Shown piece by piece: positions 1 to 9,198 of a stretch of DNA of 64,000 bases; position 1 is the stretch's first letter, and each line of letters opens with the position of its first letter. The notes under the pieces are model-generated. The model had not been told where the DNA came from, did no database searches, and saw nothing but the letters and a program-made list of their open reading frames with translations. The stretch is from NCBI GenBank assembly GCA_036509585.1, contig DATCFI010000133.1, positions 15,150-79,149 on the forward strand. The letters run 5' to 3'. The position numbers and the translations under genes are program-made. The DNA is from Hanamia sp. (GTDB lineage: Bacteria; Bacteroidota; Bacteroidia; Chitinophagales; Chitinophagaceae).

Positions 1-630
1 CATGGCGCTTCTAAAGATACTTTTGAATTTGTACTGCAAACTTTTTTGCAGGAGATCAATTCTGTAACTGATAATCCAAATATTTTTCCTGGTGAAGATA
101 AAATAGTAAGTGGTGGTAATTTTCATGGGCAGCCGTTGGCGCTGGGGCTGGATTATCTTGCAATTGCCATGAGTGAAATTGCAAATATTTCTGAAAGAAG
201 AACCTATCAATTATTGAGCGGACAAAGGAATCTGCCTTTATTTTTAGTAAAAAATTCAGGATTAAATTCGGGATTAATGATTCCTCAATATACTGCTGCC
301 GGAATAGTAAGCGAAAACAAACAACTGTGTACGCCAGCATCTGTGGATTCTATTTCATCATCCAACAACCAGGAAGATCATGTGAGTATGGGCGCTAACG
401 CCGCTACCAAATGTTACCGCGTGGTAGCAAACGTAGAGAAAGTTTTGGCAATAGAATTATTGACTGCCATCCAGGCGCTGGAATTCCGGAGACCATTGAA
501 ATCATCTCCTGAAATTGAAAAGGTGGTGAAAGAATTCAGAAAGAAAATTTCGTTTAATGAAACCGATAGGTTTTTACATGAGGATATGGAAAATGCAATT
601 GAGTTTATGAGGGAATATGAATTTGAATAA
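1..630 (+). CDS. hutH: Histidine ammonia-lyase, 3' part (gene starts before the window)
   Basis: Frame is open from base 1 (HGASKD...); contains HutH motifs SVTDNP, SGGNFHGQPLA, LNSGLMIPQYTAA and QEDHVSMG; hutU lies downstream. Confidence 0.95.
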   Translation, partial: HGASKDTFEFVLQTFLQEINSVTDNPNIFPGEDKIVSGGNFHGQPLALGLDYLAIAMSEIANISERRTYQLLSGQRNLPLFLVKNSGLNSGLMIPQYTAAGIVSENKQLCTPASVDSISSSNNQEDHVSMGANAATKCYRVVANVEKVLAIELLTAIQALEFRRPLKSSPEIEKVVKEFRKKISFNETDRFLHEDMENAIEFMREYEFE

Positions 631-677
631 TGCTTTCATGCATTAAGTAAAATTGTAAATTTGTTAAAACATTTTTT

Positions 678-938
678 ATGAAATCTGCAAAAAAAATAAA
701 AAAAGAAATTCATGAATATATTGACCTCATTAAAGATGATGAAACCTTATGGATGGTACGTGAAGATGTAGTGGAATATTTAAAAAAAGAAAAGACTAAA
801 ATGAAAGACGAAGTGGAAGAAGCTTTGTCTGAAGAAGAAATTTCGGAAATAAATACCGGATTGAAGGAAATTGAAAATGGCGAAACAGTAGGTTGGGATG
901 AGTATTTAAAAGCCACATCAAGATGGCATACAAAATAG
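678..938 (+). CDS. Putative type II antitoxin (addiction-module component)
   Basis: 86 aa acidic protein ending ...GLKEIENGETVGWDEYLK, a pattern typical of RelE/ParE partners; overlaps the toxin start by 16 nt. Confidence 0.6.
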   Translation: MKSAKKIKKEIHEYIDLIKDDETLWMVREDVVEYLKKEKTKMKDEVEEALSEEEISEINTGLKEIENGETVGWDEYLKATSRWHTK

Positions 939-1219
939 AACAATCATCACTTTTTGTAAAAAAAATTGCTAAACTTTTAGAATACCTGGAAAGTAATTGG
1001 GGTAAAAAGGTTGCTGTTGAATTTAAAACTAAGTTGGATAAAAGGATGTTACAATTATTGACGAAGCCCGATAATGGCAAAGTTTGTAATGTTCCCCACG
1101 TCAGGATGATTTTAATTACCCCGCACAATAAATTATTTTACAGGATAAAAGGCAAAACTATTTACATCATTACTCTGTTTGATACCAGGCAAGATCCAAA
1201 AAAGAATAAATATGAGTGA
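923..1219 (+). CDS. RelE/ParE family toxin
   Basis: 98 aa basic protein with a RelE/ParE-like pattern (YLESNWG...[15 protein letters not shown]...[13 protein letters not shown]). Confidence 0.85.
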   Translation: MAYKIEQSSLFVKKIAKLLEYLESNWGKKVAVEFKTKLDKRMLQLLTKPDNGKVCNVPHVRMILITPHNKLFYRIKGKTIYIITLFDTRQDPKKNKYE

Positions 1220-2924
1220 AACATCGAAATCAGCCCGTCACTACGACCCCATAAAATACAAGACCCCCACCGGCACACAAATGAGTTGCAAAGGATGGAT
1301 ACAGGAAGCGGCATTGCGCATGTTACTTAATAATCTGAATCCAGAAGTAGCAGAAAAGCCCGATGAATTAATTGTATATGGCGGCAGGGGAAAAGCAGCG
1401 AGGAATTTTGAAAGCCTTGATCTTATCATCAAAGCATTAAAAGACCTGGAAAATGATGAATCGCTTTTGATACAAAGTGGGAAACCTGTAGCCATGCTGA
1501 AAACGCATACAAATGCGCCACGTATTTTAATTTCTAATTCTCAATTGGTTCCTAAATGGGCAACCTGGGAAGTTTTTGATGAGTTGGAAAAAAAAGGGTT
1601 GATGATGTTTGGCCAGATGACTGCCGGCTCATGGATATACATCGGCAGCCAGGGAATAGTACAGGGAACTTATGAAACTTTTGGTGCCGTTGCCAAAAAA
1701 CATTTTAATAATTCACTTAAAAATACTTTGAGTGTAACAGCGGGTCTTGGCGGTATGGGCGGCGCCCAGCCTTTATCAATTACTATGAATAATGGTGTGT
1801 GCCTTGCAGCAGAAGTAGAAAAATGGCGAATTGAAAAGCGGCTTGGAACGAAATATTTAGATGAGATGATTGAAAATATAGATGAGGCAATTGATAAAGC
1901 AGTAAAAGTAAAAAAGGAAGGTAAAGCATGGAGCATAGGCGTGCATTGCAATGCAGTAGATCTGTTGCAAAGATTATTAGATAGAAATATTTCAATAGAC
2001 ATTTTAACTGACCAAACTTCTGCGCACGATCCTTTGATTGGTTATGTGCCTCATGGTATTTCTTTGGAAGAAGCGAACAGATTGCGGAAAAATAATCCTG
2101 AAAAATATATTGAGCTTTCTTATAAAAGTATGAAGAAGCATGTGGATCTTATGCTTGAATTACAAAAGAGGGGCGCCATCACTTTTGATTACGGCAACAA
2201 TTTACGGGCGCGCGCATACGAACAAGCAATAAAAGATGGCGCCCCGGAAAGCGAAGCGAGGCGGGCGTTTGATTTTTCGGGTTTTGTTCCTGCTTATATC
2301 CGGCCTCTTTTTTGCGAAGGCAAAGGACCTTTTCGCTGGGCTGCTTTGAGCGGCGATCCGGAAGATATTCGTGTAACCGATACTGTTATGATGGATTTAT
2401 TTCCTGAAAATGAAGGGATGATAAGATGGATAAAAATGGCACAGGAAAGAATTGCTTTCCAGGGTTTGCCTGCGCGTATTTGCTGGATAGGACAGGGTGA
2501 AAGGGAAAAAGCAGGTCTTGCTTTTAATGAATTGGTAAGAACCGGAAAAGTAAAAGCGCCGATTGTAATTGGCCGTGATCATTTGGATACCGGTTCTGTC
2601 GCCAGCCCCAACCGTGAAACAGAATCCATGCTCGACGGAAGTGATGCTGTAGCAGACTGGCCGGTTTTAAATGCACTTGTAAATACAGCCGGAGGGGCAA
2701 GTTGGGTAAGCCTGCATCATGGTGGTGGGGTAGGAATGGGATACAGTATTCATGCAGGAATGGTAATCGTTGCTGACGGCACAGAAGATGCTGCATCTAA
2801 GCTTAGCCGTGTGTTGCGTAACGATCCGGGTCTTGGCGTAATTCGCCATGCTGATGCGGGATATGATGTGGCTACAGATTATGCAAGGAAGTTTCAATTG
2901 GATATAAAAGAAAGATTGAAATAA
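1212..2924 (+). CDS. hutU: Urocanate hydratase
   Basis: Motifs [37 protein letters not shown] and [18 protein letters not shown]. Start placed at ATG 1212 (MSETSK), which overlaps the toxin stop. Confidence 0.97.
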   Translation: MSETSKSARHYDPIKYKTPTGTQMSCKGWIQEAALRMLLNNLNPEVAEKPDELIVYGGRGKAARNFESLDLIIKALKDLENDESLLIQSGKPVAMLKTHTNAPRILISNSQLVPKWATWEVFDELEKKGLMMFGQMTAGSWIYIGSQGIVQGTYETFGAVAKKHFNNSLKNTLSVTAGLGGMGGAQPLSITMNNGVCLAAEVEKWRIEKRLGTKYLDEMIENIDEAIDKAVKVKKEGKAWSIGVHCNAVDLLQRLLDRNISIDILTDQTSAHDPLIGYVPHGISLEEANRLRKNNPEKYIELSYKSMKKHVDLMLELQKRGAITFDYGNNLRARAYEQAIKDGAPESEARRAFDFSGFVPAYIRPLFCEGKGPFRWAALSGDPEDIRVTDTVMMDLFPENEGMIRWIKMAQERIAFQGLPARICWIGQGEREKAGLAFNELVRTGKVKAPIVIGRDHLDTGSVASPNRETESMLDGSDAVADWPVLNALVNTAGGASWVSLHHGGGVGMGYSIHAGMVIVADGTEDAASKLSRVLRNDPGLGVIRHADAGYDVATDYARKFQLDIKERLK

Positions 2925-2995
2925 TTAGTTTGAATATGACATTGTTTCTTAATTTTAGGTTGTCTTATTATTGAGAATACAACACTTTCGGTTTT

Positions 2996-3406
2996 ATGAA
3001 AACAAATTGCAAATTATTTCCCATTTTATATTTTTCTTTTATTTTTTTTGCAAATGCTGCAAAAGCACAGACCTCAAATCTCGACAGCATTTATGATAAG
3101 GTAGAAGTTGAGGCATCATTCCCCGGTGGAGCAGATGCATGGTCAAAATACATTTCAGATAAAATTTCAGATAAAGTAAGTGATTTTGGGAAAAAAGATT
3201 ATGGTACCTGTATTGTAAGGTTTATCGTTGATAAGACCGGTAAGATCAGTAACGTGGAAGCCATGACAATGAAAGATACGAAGCTGGCAAAATATGTAAT
3301 AAAAGCCATAGAGAAGGGCCCTTATTGGGTACCTGCCGAGGAAGATGGTAAAAAGGTAAATGCTTATCGCCTGCAACCGGTAACGGTTACACAATCTGAC
3401 CAATAA
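2996..3406 (+). CDS. Secreted TonB C-terminal domain protein
   Basis: Signal peptide followed by VEVEASFPGG...VRFIVDKTGKIS...WVPAEEDGKKVNAYRLQPVT. Confidence 0.75.
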   Translation: MKTNCKLFPILYFSFIFFANAAKAQTSNLDSIYDKVEVEASFPGGADAWSKYISDKISDKVSDFGKKDYGTCIVRFIVDKTGKISNVEAMTMKDTKLAKYVIKAIEKGPYWVPAEEDGKKVNAYRLQPVTVTQSDQ

Positions 3407-3589
3407 TTATTTTTTGAAAATGGAATGGAAAAATAATCGCACAGTAAAGCAACAAATATCCCTGTTTTGAATATTTTTCAAATTCTTTTTTAAGTAATGA
3501 TGATTTTATAAATTATTTTTTTAGTAACCTTTTTTTTATTTAATTTATATTTTTAAATAAAATCAGGAAAACCAAAAAATGAGCACTTT

Positions 3590-3910
3590 ATGATCATCAA
3601 TGAAAATGGATTTATACATCACGTTTTTTTCTGGATAAAAAATCCCCAAAATATTTCTGAAGTTGAACAACTTGTTGAGGGTTTGAAAAAGTTGTCGCAT
3701 GTAAAAACGATACAATCATTTCATATAGGCAAACCTGCATCTACACGCCGCGATGTAGTGGATTCAGGTTATTCTGTTTCCTGGCTGGTATTGTTTAAAG
3801 ACAGGGAAAGCCACGACAGCTATCAGACGGATCCTATCCATCTCAAATTTGTGGTTGAATGCAGCCACTTATGGGGCAAACTGGTAATATATGATACTGT
3901 GAATATTTAA
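3590..3910 (+). CDS. Dabb family (stress-responsive A/B barrel) protein
   Basis: FIHHVFFW...SHDSYQTDPIHLKFV...LVIYD pattern. Confidence 0.85.
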   Translation: MIINENGFIHHVFFWIKNPQNISEVEQLVEGLKKLSHVKTIQSFHIGKPASTRRDVVDSGYSVSWLVLFKDRESHDSYQTDPIHLKFVVECSHLWGKLVIYDTVNI

Positions 3911-3975
3911 TTTGAATTGTTCTCTTTGACTTTTTCTTTCTTAATAAGTAATTAAGCCTTCATATTTTTAAACTA

Positions 3976-4000
3976 ATTTCGTTTACACATCACTGTTATA
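3976..4000 (+). repeat. Isolated copy of the CGTTTA-N9-GTTAT site
   Basis: atttCGTTTA cacatcact GTTATa; intergenic, with the same 9-nt spacing as the other copies. Confidence 0.55.
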
Positions 4001-4242
4001 TTTATCTTTTATAATTAAATTCAGCAAAGAAATAATTATTGGATATTTCTATTTTTCTTTTTGGATAGAGTAACTTGAAATACAGGTGTAGATTCATTGT
4101 AACTACCCATAACTGCTCCAAAGGATTTTATTTTTCCCTTTTAATGATTGCAGTATTACATTAACATTTCATTTTTAAACATCAGCAAAATTTTTTAATC
4201 TTATTTATGAAACAATTTTTTTAAACAATTAAATTTAAACAC

Positions 4243-4620
4243 ATGAAAAAGATTTTTACACTTGCACTTTTTAGCGGCATTTTTGCAACTTCATTTGCTC
4301 AATATGGTGCACATCAAAACAATGGCCAGCAAGACGATGCACAATATGCATATTCTTCTGGAAGTCAGTTTAATAAAGTAAATAGCGGAAAGTATTATAA
4401 CAATGATATTTTATTTTCTGCAAAGGAAAGGGACTTCCGGATTGATAAGATCAGCCACAATTATCAGGACCAGGTAAGGTCAATTAAAATGAATCGTTTT
4501 ATGACATTTTATCAAAAGAAAGCTGCCATCAAAAAAGCTGAAAATGAAAAGGCGCAAAAAATTGCAATGATTAATAAAAAGTATGATAGCCAGTTCCACA
4601 ATGGTTATGGCAGAAGGTAA
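4243..4620 (+). CDS. Hypothetical secreted protein
   Basis: Clear Sec signal (MKKIFTLALFSGIFATSFAQ), A-rich start context, followed by a terminator. Confidence 0.75.
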   Translation: MKKIFTLALFSGIFATSFAQYGAHQNNGQQDDAQYAYSSGSQFNKVNSGKYYNNDILFSAKERDFRIDKISHNYQDQVRSIKMNRFMTFYQKKAAIKKAENEKAQKIAMINKKYDSQFHNGYGRR

Positions 4621-4652
4621 CTTTAATTCCCATGGATTCCCTGTAATTACTG

Positions 4653-4676
4653 CCCCGCATTAGCGGGGTTTTTTTT
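4653..4676 (+). terminator. Rho-independent terminator
   Basis: ccccgc-atta-gcgggg followed by T8, 32 nt after the stop at 4620. Confidence 0.85.
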
Positions 4677-4960
4677 AACCAAAAGGTTCTTTAATAGAAA
4701 GAGGATAATTTTAAAAAAAATTAGTAATTATAATAGGTTGACAGTAAAAAAATTAAATGATCCATCCAAATGCTTCTCAATACATTTATTCTTATGTGCT
4801 GCAATTTTGGTAGATTAATAGTTTTTTACCATTTGATAATATATTTTTTACTTTTTAGCCACGGTAGCAAAAAAAATAATATTTTGTAAATAAACAATTA
4901 TTTTTATCACATTGTACCAATTTTAATTTTATAAAACTTTCAAATCAAATAAATATTCTC

Positions 4961-7366
4961 ATGACCATAGCTAAAACAGTTCGTAATTATTTCGCAGTTC
5001 TTGGGGTGTTACTATTTTCAATTAATAATGCCGGCATTGCACAGGTAAAATCTTTTCAGAAAACAAATTTTGGAGTAAGTTTTATTTTGAATACCGGTAA
5101 GATGAATATTTACCTGATAAAAGATGGGCTTGTAGAAGTTAGATATACCAGCCTGGAAGATCTCTCCGAAAAAAAATCATTGGTGGTATTACCTGTAAAA
5201 TCCTATTTAAATAATTTTGCTGTCGCAGAAGATAAAGTTGACATCATTATTACTACACCTAAATTAAAAATTAAAGTAAACCGGGAAAACCAATCTATTA
5301 CTTATACCGATTTACATAATAAAACTATTCTTGCAGAAACAGATGAGAACAATAAGGTAATGCGCGATACTTCTGTTGCTGGAATAAATACTTATAGTTG
5401 CGCTACCTCTTTTCAATCGCCCGCTGATGAAGCATTATATGGATTGGGTTGTCATCCTTTGGATTCTCTTTCTATTAATTACAAAGGCCGGAATCAGGAT
5501 ATGGCCATTAAATATCTTACGGGAGCCATTCCTGTTTTGCTATCTACAAAAGGGTATGGCCTCTTGTGGGATAATTATGCAGCATCCCAATTTTTTGGTG
5601 ATGAAGCTGATAATACACAATATACTTATGTTTCCGAAAGCGGTAAAATGGTTGATTACTATTTTTTTTATGGACCATCATTCGATGATATAATGGATAT
5701 GTACAGGAATCTTACCGGCGTTGCACCTATGTATCCAAAATGGGCTTTTGGTTTATTTCAGTCGCAGGACAGGTATAAAAGTCAAAAGGAAATATTGACG
5801 GTAGCAGATAATTATCGTAAAAATAATATACCGGTGGATGCCATTGTTCAGGATTGGTTTTATTGGTCACCGCTTCCGATAGGTTCACATGTGATGTACC
5901 CCGAACGTTATCCTGACCCGAAAGCGATGATTGACCAATTACATAACGAGCATTTTCATGCAATGATCTCTATATGGCCATGTTTTGGAGAAGGTACGCA
6001 GGATTATAATCAGCTCAAAGATGCAGGATATCTGACTACAGTTACCTGGGATAATTTTTTTGTACATAAAATAGATTATTATTATGATGCACACAATCCG
6101 GGCGCAAGAGAAATGTATTGGGATCAGGCCCGGGACAGCCTTATCAAGCGTTATGGCTGGGACGCATGGTGGGTTGACCAATGTGAACCTGATACCAAAG
6201 ATCCGAATGACAGAAAGAAAGCGGTTTTTTTCACTGGCCAGGGAATTGATTATTTTAATACTTACTCGCTGGAGCATACCAGGGGGATCTATAATAAATG
6301 GCGGAGGGATATTCCCAAAAAAAGAATTTTTTTATTAGCAAGACAAGCATTCGCGGGTCAGCAAAGAAACGCGGCTACTCTTTGGTCTTCTGACATTACT
6401 ACTACTTTCGCTGCTTTTAAAAACCAGGTTCCACAGGCAATTAATACTTGTATATCAGGCATTCCTTATTGGACTTCAGATATTGGTGGGTATATTTCAT
6501 ATACATCTCCGGAAGGAATACCTGATTGGTCTACGCCTGTTCAGCGCGAATTGTTTACCCGCTGGTTCCAGTTTGGCGCATTCAGTCCGATTTTCAGGAT
6601 CCACGGTAAAGGAGAAAGAGCATTATTCTCTGATAACTGGGATGCACAAACGAAAAAAATCCTTTTGAAATATGATGATCTCCGGTACCGTTTGTTGCCA
6701 TACATTTATTCACTGTCAAGCGAAGTAACAAGAAACAATTATACTATCATGCGTTCCCTTGCTTTTGATTTCAGGAACGATCCTAAAGTTTATGATATCC
6801 CTGACCAGTATATGTTTGGCCCTGCTTTTTTAGTAAACCCGGTAACCCAACAGCTTTATTCCGGAGCCAATGCTGATAAATCGGGCACCACCAGGGAGGT
6901 TTATCTTCCAAAAAATACGGACTGGTACGACTTCTGGACTGGTAAGAAACTTCAAGGCGGACAAACTATTCAGGCTTCTTCACCGATTGATATTATGCCA
7001 TTGTATGTAAGGGAAGGTTCTATTATTCCTATGGGGCCGGTAATGGAATATGCTACCCAAAAACCTGCTGAGAATATAGAACTTCGCATATATCCCGGAG
7101 CTAACGGGCATTTTACTTTATATGAAGATGCCAATAACGACTACAACTATGAACATGGAGAGTTTGCTACGTTTACCTTTAACTGGAATGATAAAACCCA
7201 TGAACTAAGCATATCATCAAGAAAGGGTTCTTTTCCCGGCATGTTGAAGAAGCGTAATTTTCATGTAGTAGTAGTGAGAGAAAATAATGGCACAGGTGAA
7301 AGTGAAACTATAAAGGCTAATAAAATAATTGAGTATAATGGAAGCGCTTTAAAAGTGAAATTGTAA
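4961..7366 (+). CDS. Glycoside hydrolase family 31 (alpha-xylosidase-like)
   Basis: Signal peptide; IVQDW, WWVDQCEP nucleophile region, WTSDIGG, RWFQFGAFSP and DQYMFGP motifs. Confidence 0.9.
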   Translation: MTIAKTVRNYFAVLGVLLFSINNAGIAQVKSFQKTNFGVSFILNTGKMNIYLIKDGLVEVRYTSLEDLSEKKSLVVLPVKSYLNNFAVAEDKVDIIITTPKLKIKVNRENQSITYTDLHNKTILAETDENNKVMRDTSVAGINTYSCATSFQSPADEALYGLGCHPLDSLSINYKGRNQDMAIKYLTGAIPVLLSTKGYGLLWDNYAASQFFGDEADNTQYTYVSESGKMVDYYFFYGPSFDDIMDMYRNLTGVAPMYPKWAFGLFQSQDRYKSQKEILTVADNYRKNNIPVDAIVQDWFYWSPLPIGSHVMYPERYPDPKAMIDQLHNEHFHAMISIWPCFGEGTQDYNQLKDAGYLTTVTWDNFFVHKIDYYYDAHNPGAREMYWDQARDSLIKRYGWDAWWVDQCEPDTKDPNDRKKAVFFTGQGIDYFNTYSLEHTRGIYNKWRRDIPKKRIFLLARQAFAGQQRNAATLWSSDITTTFAAFKNQVPQAINTCISGIPYWTSDIGGYISYTSPEGIPDWSTPVQRELFTRWFQFGAFSPIFRIHGKGERALFSDNWDAQTKKILLKYDDLRYRLLPYIYSLSSEVTRNNYTIMRSLAFDFRNDPKVYDIPDQYMFGPAFLVNPVTQQLYSGANADKSGTTREVYLPKNTDWYDFWTGKKLQGGQTIQASSPIDIMPLYVREGSIIPMGPVMEYATQKPAENIELRIYPGANGHFTLYEDANNDYNYEHGEFATFTFNWNDKTHELSISSRKGSFPGMLKKRNFHVVVVRENNGTGESETIKANKIIEYNGSALKVKL

Positions 7367-7484
7367 GTCATGAAGCATTTTCATTTATCATTTTAATAAT
7401 TACATTTAATCATAGACGTTACTTTAAGGTTTTTTTTGCAAATTATTTAATCAATCTTATTCGTAATTTGAAAATAGGAATGAT

Positions 7485-7568
7485 GCTTATTTATTGCTTT
7501 ACTGTAATATCCGGCTTCTGTGGGCAACGCAACAATGGTTTTTCCTTTCATGCTACTTCAATGGGAAA
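7485..7568 (+). repeat. 84-bp repeat, about 92% identical to 11370-11453 (right part of the dispersed element)
   Basis: gcttattt.ttgctttactg.aata.ccggcttctgtgggcaacgcaacaat...cttcaatgggaaa is shared by both copies. Confidence 0.9.
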
Positions 7569-7604
7569 GACAGTTTTTAAAAACAATCCTATTTATAAGA
7601 ATAT

Positions 7605-8759
7605 TTACCTGGGACAGATCAGCAGTTTTTTATTGATGATAGTAGATGGATTGCTGAAGCGAAACACATACAAACCTGGCGGCAACAGGGATACATCAAG
7701 ATTTACCGGCGGGGCATTGGAATTCACGGATAATACGGTTTGTCCGGTGGAATTAATGACGGAGATAGCGCCTTTTCCGAAACTGCCAATTACTGTAACT
7801 ATATGATTAGCCGGGTTAGGATACAGGCTGATAAACACGTGCGCCGGGATACTGATCGTTACTATATTACTGTAACTATTTTTCCCATCCGGGTCTGTCA
7901 TCTTTAAGCGATAAAAACACCTGTCGGAAGCAGGATCATTATTAGGATCAATAAATTGATAGCTTGTTTTACCGGCCGGAAAAGTGGCAATGCTCCCAAA
8001 ATAAGCGGCATCGGTACTTCGTTCCAGTTCAAATTGTTTAAGCTGAATGTCGGGGTTAATTGTCCAGTTTAAATGGATCGTGCCCTGCACTTCGTTTCCT
8101 GTGAATGAGAGCAGGCTAACCGGCAGTATCGCTGCTTTGGTCAATGAAATATCATCAAAATATACATTGATAGCAGGTCGGTTAAAGAACAATTGTGTCT
8201 GCATCCTGATCCTTATTTGGCGGGTTCCCGGCGGTGCAATCCTTGAATTGGTATAAAAAATCCATGAGGTACCTGAACCGCCAAAATAAGATTGCCAACT
8301 GCTGGTATAACTGGCGCCAAGGATGGTATTGGAAGCATTGAGAAAATCAACAATAAAGCGGCCCTGGTCTGTTTGGTCACTTACCGGTGTTTGCATATAA
8401 CCACTAAACGTGTACGTTTGATCCCCCAAGTCAATAGCCACAGCATCTGCAGATACATCAATGGTTTGTTGTAACTCAAATGGTCCCGTAAACCAATCAT
8501 CGCAACCGGAATAAAATACGGTGCCTCCGCTGGCGCCTGTTGTATGATCATAAGGGTAATTGGCAGAGCCATCAGGCTTCATGGTCCAGTTAACAGTATT
8601 GTCCGTAGGTGATAATAAACAGGTGAGTGCTCCCTGGCTTATAATGGTCCAGCCCGTGCCCCTGGGCAGGCTTTCTGCATCGGGGTTGGTAACCAGGTTT
8701 TGAGCAGGTAGCTGGTATAATAACGATGTGGCGAAGATGATGAGTACAGTTCTTTTCAT
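7605..8759 (-). CDS. T9SS-secreted protein (beta-sandwich/lectin-like domain + Ig-like domain + type A CTD)
   Basis: Signal peptide; LPVSLLSFTG Ig-like module; ISLYPNPANH...LPPGLYVFRF...KKLLI T9SS C-terminal sorting domain. Confidence 0.85.
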   Translation of the reverse strand: MKRTVLIIFATSLLYQLPAQNLVTNPDAESLPRGTGWTIISQGALTCLLSPTDNTVNWTMKPDGSANYPYDHTTGASGGTVFYSGCDDWFTGPFELQQTIDVSADAVAIDLGDQTYTFSGYMQTPVSDQTDQGRFIVDFLNASNTILGASYTSSWQSYFGGSGTSWIFYTNSRIAPPGTRQIRIRMQTQLFFNRPAINVYFDDISLTKAAILPVSLLSFTGNEVQGTIHLNWTINPDIQLKQFELERSTDAAYFGSIATFPAGKTSYQFIDPNNDPASDRCFYRLKMTDPDGKNSYSNIVTISIPAHVFISLYPNPANHIVTVIGSFGKGAISVINSTGQTVLSVNSNAPPVNLDVSLLPPGLYVFRFSNPSTIINKKLLICPR

Positions 8760-8857
8760 AGAGTTTGGATCGGTTCATAAACATAAACGTTTTTTTTGAA
8801 ATTATATTTCCGGTGCGGGTCCCTTTTTGGCGCGTGATACAGTTGATGAGAACGGTT

Positions 8858-8892
8858 GGGGATAGTGGTCGGCACTGAAGGTCAGACCGCGG
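8858..8892. repeat. REP-like hairpin, family D
   Basis: gatagtggtcggcactgaaggtcagaccgcgg; near-identical copies at 11202-11233 and 17481-17512. Confidence 0.8.
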
Positions 8893-8944
8893 CGACCTCA
8901 TCCGCTAATTGAAAGTTTGCAAAGAAAGCAAGAAGGGTATTGGT

Positions 8945-9010
8945 TTTAAACATAACACTTACGGATAAACGAAATATATTTGATATGGTTCGTGAGGACA
9001 CTGAGCCTGG
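8945..9010 (-). repeat. Reverse-oriented CGTTTA-N9-GTTAT site followed by a family C REP-like hairpin
   Basis: ATAAC acttacgga TAAACG aaat...atggttcgtgaggacac; homologous to 11558-11615 and 11718-11775. Confidence 0.8.
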
Positions 9011-9132
9011 CGCCGGACCCTATATCCTAAAGCAAATTCATACATTATCCATGCCTTTACCTAAGCTTTTATAACAACACTTTATTTAACGATTTTGCGG
9101 CCAGGCAACCATTTCGTAGTTAATTGCATTTA

Positions 9133-9140
9133 TACATTTG
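9133..9140 (+). promoter_or_regulatory. Bacteroidota sigma-A -7 element (TAnnTTTG)
   Basis: TACATTTG 58 nt upstream of the ATG at 9199. Confidence 0.5.
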
Positions 9141-9198
9141 TAATACTTTGAATTGAAAGACGAATGATAATCCATCATCCTTATATACATAAATACTT

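Noticed and set aside
7468-7806. ORFs 7468-7806, 11240-11458, 11365-11574, 22856-23095 and 54799-54993
   Set aside because: They are translations of the dispersed repeats or overlap real genes on the opposite strand, and show no protein-like features.
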